Positions 52,501-64,000 of a stretch of DNA of 64,000 nucleotides are shown here, in pieces. Below the pieces are notes generated by a model. That model was not told where the DNA came from. It searched no databases and saw nothing but the letters and a program-made list of their open reading frames with translations. Position numbers and translations under genes: made by a program. Position 1 is the stretch's first letter, and each line of letters starts with the position of its first letter. The DNA comes from Chrysomallon squamiferum (taxonomy: Eukaryota; Animalia; Mollusca), in the NCBI GenBank assembly GCA_012295275.1, contig CM022667.1:13826001-13890000 (forward strand), given 5' to 3'.

Positions 52501-55500
52501 CATATAATCATGTATGTATACTGTAAGCAAATTGTAAATTGTTATGTGTACGTTCATTTATAACATTTCAGTCAAAATCACATTCATAAATATATACACA
52601 CATACATAGAGGCAATATATAAGTGTATGGTTGAGATGCTGCACACACACTGTGAATCTCATTCATGTTTCTTTTTTCCTTTTTCTTATTCTTTTTTTTC
52701 ATAAAATGTTGCTAGTTCTACATTATATCTCTAAAAGCTATAAAATGGAATTTTTTATAGGCACCATATTTTTCATCAAAGACCATAATTACTGTTATTT
52801 AATGTCATTTGAATTTTGATTAACTTGGTAAATAACACGAAATAACATGTTGTTTAAAATAAATAAATATAACCACATTTAATTCTGACATCATATTACA
52901 ATTTAAATTTAAAATACCAAAAATAAAAAAAGTTATACAAAAAAAATGAAATTATATTTATTGTTTTCTTTCGCAGCAGTCTAACCGAAGAGTGAAGCGA
53001 ATATCCAGTGAAACAGATGCTAATTTGAAGTGGCCTGAATGCAAAGATTGTCAGTATCATGATGTATAGTAAGTTAAAGATGATTTTTTTTTTTTTGAAG
53101 GTTTCTCATTATAATTCTATCAGAAATATATTAAAAAGGCACCGTAAACACTAACATGCCTTTGTAAGAGTGTAGGATGAGGTTCAGTCCTTGCTTGGAT
53201 GTCAGTTAGGCTAATTCCCATTCCAAGCCATGCTTTATCAGAGAATTTTCTAAGTTAAGATGCCCATAAAATATTTCTTGCTGCATTTACTAGGAAGTAC
53301 AGTTAAGCAAAGGCACAGGCATGCATACATATTTAAAAAAAAATAATAACAATCAAGTAAATTAACAATAATGTAAAATATTTTTTACAAATTGAATACA
53401 AGTGAATAAGCAATTCGAATGTGGTTTTATGTTTTTTTAAAACTATTCCTATAAATTATAAATTTATATAATATATGTTGATATATAAAATTATCACCAA
53501 TAAATTGTAAAAACTGATATTTTGAATTTTTCCAGCTATAATCGGAATAAGAAAGATGAACAGCATGCCAAGCATTATTCCAAGATACGAGACAAACTTC
53601 AAAAACAGGAGACCCGTGGATTTTGTTTGTCGCTACAGAAAACTGGATCCTCGACTTTTGCTGTGTGTAACAAGAAAGACAGACGTTTATTTTCTCCAAA
53701 CAGAAGATCCTCAAGAAAGTTAAAGTCTGTTTGGAATAAAGATGAACAACATTCAAGGTATTAATATATGCGTTCTTTTTATTTTCTTATTCAACATCTG
53801 TTGGCTTTTACAAATTGCTTCAGTTTACTTTTTGCATATTTTCAAAATTAATATTGTTTTAATTTTGTTTTTAGGGATTTTGTTTTGGCACATGCCTGTT
53901 CTTTGGTAATAATAAAGCATGACAATATATTTTATTATTATTATTTTTAAAAAAATATTACACACTTGAGTTATCAAGTTAATGCTGTTTGATTCTAATT
54001 TTCATTTCTGTTTTAAAATCCACTCTTTGCTATTTAAGTCTGAATTTATTTACAGTCTTATCTTCACATAATGTTACTTGAAATTAGCTTATCTTCATAA
54101 TTTTTATTTTTAATATATAATATAAATTCTATATATTTTTTTTACATTTTTTTTTTTTTTACAGTTCATTGTCAGACAAAGGAAAAAGCACGTCAAGCAG
54201 TTTGCACACTCAACCTGTAGACGAAGGTTGTAATCTTCGAAGGTCTCCCCGGAAGAAACCTACGTCCAGTTTTGATGCCTCAAGACCTACAACAATTCTT
54301 CCACGACCAAATAAACGCAAGAGATCACCCGAGGGTGCACAGTGTCAGGTAGAAAATGAATCGGCGCAACAAGCAGACGCGATAATGTCAAAGGAAGACA
54401 AAGCCAAGCTGGAAAAACAATCAAGGTCTCAGAGGCACAAAAAGGTGTGTATGAAACCACTGGTGTTCATCTAGGTTCGGGTGCAGTCTTAAAAACATTG
54501 CAGAGTTTTGGAAATTCATCATCAGTTTCTTTCCAGTAGCTAAAAAAATGTCTTGAAAAGTATTGTTTTTCTTTAGGTTTTTTTACCTTCAGTTTTTAGT
54601 TATTTTAATTTGACTGTGGGTTACGTTTTGTTTTCTGTAAACAAAATGAATTAATAAATAAGTGTCTTGTTTCAAATATAATAACCGTTTCATGATCATC
54701 ATTGTTCTCTGAAGTCAGACAAGTGAGAAGAAAGTAAAAAAAGAAAATCTCACAGACTAAATCTTACAGCTTCAAAAATCAACCAAAATCAGATAACACG
54801 AACCTGAGATATTTAATAATGAAATGAAGATGTTTGAAATATTTGGAGTGTAGTACTAGATTTTTCAAAGTGGTTCAGGAAATTTGAGTTTTGGGACATC
54901 ACATGTTTTAGTAAAGTTATGATAATTCTGTGCTGCACTAGCTGTGTGAACTCTAGTTCACATTTTCTTTCAGAATGTTTTGGAAAAAATGAGAACCTCT
55001 TGTTATGAATTAAAACAAACAGATGGGGTTTAAAATAATTAAAAATTGGTGTATTGTAGTTTAATGGTTTAACTCCATGTTTAGTTTATCAAAGGTCAGT
55101 CTGTTAGAACATCCTCTTGGTGCTAAACTTTTAAGATAATCATCATATGTATCATGGATTTTTGAAACAAAAAACGTGTTGTTAATGTTTTTTATCATTC
55201 TAAAACGTTAGAGATTGGTTCATTTATTACTTTATAAATCTATTGTGTGTACATGTGTGCATATATATATGAATATTTAGATTCACACATACATGATAAT
55301 ATATTGCTTGCAGAAATTGGAACAAATCGTAACAGACGTACTTCTGAAGCATGGAGTAAAGAAAGATGAAATTATTTACAAACAGTGTGAAACAAAACTT
55401 TTCCAAGTTACAAAGTTTTTTGTCAGGGTGAGTAACTTGCTTGAATACGTTTTCTTGAATAAGCTAAATAGAAATTCAAGAAAACTGTTTCTGGATTCAT

Positions 55501-56373
55501 TCAAAGACGTGTTCAAATACTAAATTATTAAAATTGTTGTTAAAATGAACAAATCAATGAGGGAGATGTTTACGTACATTCAGCCTGCAATGTATATAGG
55601 CATATAGTTCGAGAAGACCCAGTATATATGTAACTCAGAAAATTTGTATGAAATGATTTTAATGTTACTCTATTTGTAAAAAATAAATAAATTATTAACT
55701 TGCAACCTCACCTATTAGTATCACTAAAATACAAACAAATTATACTGTCTACAGTATTCTAATTATAGTAGCATACTGTGTGCCACTATAAGAATAACAT
55801 TTACTTTAATAGACTTTTCTTAAAAATATATATATATTTTTTTTTTATTCTTTTGCAGACTTTGCCCAATTCCAGGAATCTGAGTAAAGAAATGAGACAG
55901 ATAGCCGAGGGACAAGTGACTCAGGTTATTGTTATATGTTAGAATTTTAACTATTTTACCATATAATTAAATTTAACAGTCATTCCCATAACGATGTTAA
56001 TTATACACCGAAAAAATAGAATACATATAATTTTGCTTCTGGGACAAACAATGTTCAAGCATGGGGTTAAAGGTAATAAGATTTGAAATGGATATATCTG
56101 CTTATTGCAAGGAAAGGATTAATAAACTAAGGCTCCTGTAAAACAGGAATATAACACAAACAAAATCCTTTCTCTTTGGTTTTAGTCCAATAAGGCACTG
56201 AAGGACGTTTTTATCAACACCTATCACTGGATCATGATATAAAAATTATTTCTCATTTCTTTTTCTTAGCCCTTTATTTACGAGTTAAAAAACTTGTTTT
56301 TAATACTCTTTTGCAGGTTGTTGATTTAGAAAAGAGACGTCTGGACATGAAGAAGACTAAAAAAAGCAGATGA
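43017..56373 (+). CDS. MTBP: Mdm2-binding protein (metazoan Sld7 counterpart, Treslin partner)
   Basis: Exons 43017-43050, 43815-43930, 44349-44455, 45079-45134, 45392-45446, 46125-46323, 46816-46914, 47394-47497, 48099-48162, 49031-49151, 49663-~49969, 50477-50644, 51441-51572, 52194-52282, 52977-53068, 53536-53757, 54165-54444, 55314-55427, 55859-55924, 56317-56373 (TGA). Recognisable MTBP blocks: AETIHQLADLLP, FLPTLGAV...HWHNA, IWRGKI, EPLEWPER, WIDAADFLHCFKHDG, QYHDVYY, SRSQRHKKKLEQIVTDVL...KLFQVTKFFV...EMRQIAEGQVTQVVD. One junction (49969/50477) is out of phase by 1 nt; the first three exons are less certain. Confidence 0.88.
47158..47250. repeat. (ATT)n(AGT)n(AGC)n compound microsatellite
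   Basis: Directly visible in an MTBP intron. Confidence 0.9.
47498..48098 (+). other. U12-type GT-AG intron in MTBP
   Basis: Donor GTATCCTTAAC at 47498. The 3' end has TTCCTGAC (48084-48091) followed by AAAACAG with no polypyrimidine tract; the join AT|A CAT TTA is in frame. Confidence 0.8.
48200..48550 (+). mobile_element. Cluster of decayed CAGTGAAAC-type MITE ends in an MTBP intron
   Basis: TACAGTAAAATTTCTC..., then GAGGTTTCAATGTA, GAGGTTTCACTGTA and GAGGTTTTACAGTGAGAATTCTC at ~52-bp spacing; related fragments at ~50770-51000. Confidence 0.5.
50200..50450. repeat. Degenerate TCTA/TCTG/TCCA tetranucleotide tract
   Basis: Accounts for the low-complexity first half of ORF 50200-50655. Confidence 0.85.
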
Positions 56374-56944
56374 ATTTCTTAATAGGAAATTAAACCTAGA
56401 ACTTGATTTTAAATATTGTGAAAATGTATAATCTGTTTCAAAATCGAGATAAATATTTTTGATAAAAAATGAACAAAAAAAAAACATACACACAAAAACA
56501 AAAACCTGATGGTTATATATTTACTTATTTATTGAATATCAATGACTCAAGGATTCCACATTTCATTTTGTACATTGGAAAATAAAAAAATATGTATCAA
56601 AATGGTTTTTTCATAGTCATCTTTGTCCATTTTTTTTTTGTATAGATATATAGCATATATGTACAACAAAATATTTACTCTGTCCTGTTTGTCTTTTGCA
56701 TGGAATTTTTTTACAAAACAATACCTCTGCCCAAAAACCTAATTTTTTTCACTGGTGCCAAATGACTTATCCTGAACAATTCCACACACAAAAAATGTTC
56801 AAACTGTTGTTGTTTTTTAAATAAATATTTAAATTAATTTCTTTGTGAGTTTTGTCAGTTTCTCTTTGCACTTATCAGTCACATTTACTGAGTTAGGATT
56901 ATGTCAGTTTTTTCAGACTTCAGTCCAAATGAGTTCTCTAACTG

Positions 56945-59216
56945 TCACGTTGGACGATCGTCTCCCTTTACAGCTCTGTACATGTTCATCTCATTGGGAA
57001 ACACTTTGTTTAATTCAACAATCAATAACGCTTTGAATCGCTGAAAAAAAAAAAAAAAAATTTTTAAATAAATAAGCATAATAATCAACAGTTAAATATA
57101 AAGTTTCATTATTTTGTGGTAATAGAAAGGAAATGTTTTGCTCCATGTGTAACAAGACAAAACTAATGCAAAATGTTAGCTTCAAATTAAACAGCATTAA
57201 ATATTTGATGGTCATTTTGCATTATAAAATAAAAAAAAAAAAAACCCCTTTTTATTATTATTTTTTTTTGATGGGGGTGATGACTTGCTCATGAAATTTA
57301 AAAAAAAAAATGTTTGGCAGCTGAATCTAGTTAAGAGACAGGACATTCACAAGACTGATTATGGTATGTGAGAATAAATAGCATTTATAACAAAAGTCAT
57401 TTCATCTTGAATCAGTGATTGTGAATCCTGGAAGAACCTAGGATTGGTTACAACTACAAGATGTGTGTCTTGTGTCCAATTAGGTTATTTTACAATCAGG
57501 ACAGTTTTCTGTCTACCACAAATCAAAAGGTGTGATGTATTTGGGGTAACGTATACAGAAAAATTACTTTTGCTAATATTTATATAGTTCCAAGCAAGTT
57601 TGCTTTACATTTAATTATTATTTTTGTTGTTATTATTACTTCATGAAAATTTAGATGCCAGATATATTTAGATTCTGATACTTGTTCTTCATTTATATCT
57701 TCAGTTTTAAATAATGTTGCAAAACAGGCAAGTAGAACTGAGTATCAATACTATAGATATATCTATATTTTGATGATTATTTAAAAAAAAAAAAAAAAAA
57801 GTCTGAATGTAACATTACCTTGAGGTTATCCATTTTTCCTTTGACAAGTTCATTCTTTGCCAGTGCCTTCTCCAGGCAGTCTTTTGTGTACAGGTTTGGG
57901 TTCTTGCCTTGATCAATGTAACTAAAAGTGAATAAATACATTAAAAAAAAATAATAACAAATAAATAAATAAAGAGTGGATACAAATAACTGAAAGTTGA
58001 TAAATTCTGAAATGGTTTGTGAAAAAAATAAAGATTTGATTGATAACAAGAAAAATAGTTCACGTTTTTAGTAATAAAATACAACAAATTAAAAGAAATA
58101 GATTTGAAAAAAAAAATGGTTTATATCTGTTGAGATTATTTATTCAAAAAGAAAACAACCAAAAAACATTATTTTTAAATATCTTCAACAAAAAATATTA
58201 AACACTGATAAGCAGATTATTAAAAAAGCAACAATTTAAAAACTGCATTTAAAAAGTGTTCATGTTACATTTTTAATGAAAAATGAATTGGTATTATATT
58301 ATGATTTAAGTTCTGAAATGTACACATTTGTTTATTGCTCAAAAGCAGTGTGACCACTGCCCTGTCCTGGTATATCAGTATGTAACATGAGTATTTATTG
58401 AATATTAAATTATAAAATAAAACTCACTCAAACACTTCCAGTGGCACCTGAATATCCTGCATCTGTGAACGAAATTTGTCTACTTCTTGCATTTCGGTAA
58501 CCATAGTTTGACTGAAAATAAAAAAAGTAATAATAAAACAAATAATTTTTGTTATGTTTCTAACTGTAACTATAAATAAATAGTGTCTAATAATAATAAT
58601 AATCATAGTAATAATAATACTTTGATTTTAGTTAACAGGTCTGAAAATTTACTGTTTATCTGGTGCAGCACTGTGGTTACAGTGGATAAATGACAGCCTG
58701 TTTTTTAATGGCAATAATACAGTTATCACGTATATGTTTAATAACCAAAATAATACTCTTGGATCATGATGATAGCAAATTAAAGACTTCTAGTAACATA
58801 TTCCTAATTTTGCTAAGAAAAACAATCATACTTAAACTGGATTGAAATTAATAATGAAGCTGCTGGTTAAAATTGAACCAAAAGTTGGCAGCAAAATGGA
58901 TTTGCATTACAATTTACCTACATAATATATTTAATCTTTTCATGATGTATAAATTACACGATTTCTATAACACAATGTAAGTGGTTCGAACATAACGTTT
59001 TCAAAATAATTTTAATGAAGACCAAACCTCAAAGCTATCGTTATAATGGTTAATTTATGGTGTATAATATTAAATATATTGTAATGATACATACATTTTC
59101 TGATTCAGGACATTTTGACCCTGAGGTTGAAAATCACTGACAATGATTCCCATCTGTCGAGTGTTCTCAATAAACAGTTCTAAAAGCTGTTCCAAGGCTT
59201 CGAATTTGTCCGACAT
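56945..59216 (-). CDS. MED10: Mediator of RNA polymerase II transcription subunit 10
   Basis: Exons 59216-59095, 58511-58428, 57921-57819, 57040-56945 (TGA) give MSDKFEALEQLLELFIENTRQMGIIVSDFQPQGQNVLNQKIQTMVTEMQEVDKFRSQMQDIQVPLEVFDYIDQGKNPNLYTKDCLEKALAKNELVKGKMDNLKRFKALLIVELNKVFPNEMNMYRAVKGDDRPT. Confidence 0.97.
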
Positions 59217-59476
59217 GTTGACAAAGTCTGAATTTAATACTATTTGAAGTATTTCAATTTTCAAAAGTCGTGAACACTGAAATGGTAACAAGTCTTCGTA
59301 CGCTCTGTAATGGGTGTTCACTACTTTGCTTTAAATTAGAATGTATTTAACACAATAATGCAGAATGTTGTTGCCTGGCAGTTTTAAATCGTGTTCACAT
59401 ATTTCTGTCTCTAGAAAAAATAAGCATGATGTACTGTATTATTAACACTCAATTCCCGTCGAAAACAGCTAACGAA

Positions 59477-59486
59477 ACCGGAAGTG
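59477..59486 (+). promoter_or_regulatory. ETS (GABP/ELK-type) motif in the MED10 promoter
   Basis: ACCGGAAGTG about 260 bp upstream of the MED10 ATG in a CpG-retaining segment. Confidence 0.6.
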
Positions 59487-59693
59487 GATTGATTTGTCAG
59501 AACGATCTCACAACAGCCTTTAAATATTGTTAGAGTTTTAATGATTCTTGCAGTATACAAAACAATGTTCGTAGAATTATTCCCTGATAAAATAAACCAC
59601 TAGAGCACTATAATTATAAAACACAAGTAGTCGATTACAAAACAATATAATTTAATAAGCCGGAATAATAAGAACAGATTAAAGAAAAACAAA

Positions 59694-59694
<1 letters not shown>

Positions 59695-59738
<44 letters not shown>
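59695..59738. repeat. (CA)n microsatellite
   Basis: Directly visible. Confidence 0.95.
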
Positions 59739-59742
<4 letters not shown>

Positions 59743-60165
59743 GATAAGCTACAAAGTTTCAAGCTCGAAACTGAACAACAACACAACAAATATCTTTGTT
59801 CAAATGAATGTTAATCTAAATGAGTTTAAAACAGTCAATGTAGCCTCTGAAAATGTGCAAACTGAACTGAACTTGTTTTTATTGTAATTTGTCCCGTCTA
59901 AGATCGAACCCTATATGGGCCAGTGATACTAAATTGCAATGGCTCTGAGCATCCAAAAAGGACTTAACCAATCTGGTTGATTTATACTTAAATTGTTTAT
60001 TTTATATTTCATCTGTGTTTACATATTCAAAATATCTTCCTTTCTCATAATATTTCTCAGTACTAGGCCTTATCTTTGGTGCAGTACAATCAAGCACCAG
60101 ACCTCTGCACGCCATTGCTAAATTCACCCAGATCAAGGGATTATATCCTTTGTCCAACACTGACA

Positions 60166-63844
<3,679 letters not shown>

Positions 63845-64000
63845 GTAATGTGTTGTATATTTCACTGTGATGAAATTATTATATATATATATTATTTTAT
63901 TAATCTGCAAATAAACACACACGCAGATACACATGCACACCGTTTTATTGTTCGTTCAAAAATAAGTTTCATTAAGATCCTATTATCTTGTTTTTAAGGT

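Overview
This is an AT-rich, microsatellite-rich, intron-dense animal genomic window; the composition looks invertebrate (mollusc/cephalopod-like), but that is only an impression. Most ORFs in the supplied track are simple-repeat noise. Reading splice sites by hand gives six spliced genes: the 3' part of KIF15 (+, 1-16833, 26 exons), RARS2 (-, 29482-19472, 19 exons), GOT2 (+, 29781-35923, 11 exons, head-to-head with RARS2), an unnamed secreted two-PAN/apple-domain protein (-, 40702-38727, 3 exons), MTBP (+, 43017-56373, 20 exons) and MED10 (-, 59216-56945, 4 exons). A possible seventh gene starts near 60.1 kb on +. The most unusual signal is a recurring class of intronic tandem repeats whose units copy the exon-intron junction itself, giving arrays of decoy donors or acceptors in KIF15 (four sites), GOT2 and RARS2. 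Also notable: two minor-spliceosome (U12-type) introns (AT-AC in KIF15, GT-AG in MTBP), one unresolved frame conflict in MTBP, an HMMR-like tail on KIF15, a perfect 26-bp palindrome, Tigger/pogo-type MITEs, and a CpG mosaic consistent with gene-body methylation. Homology calls come from remembered protein motifs, not from database searches.
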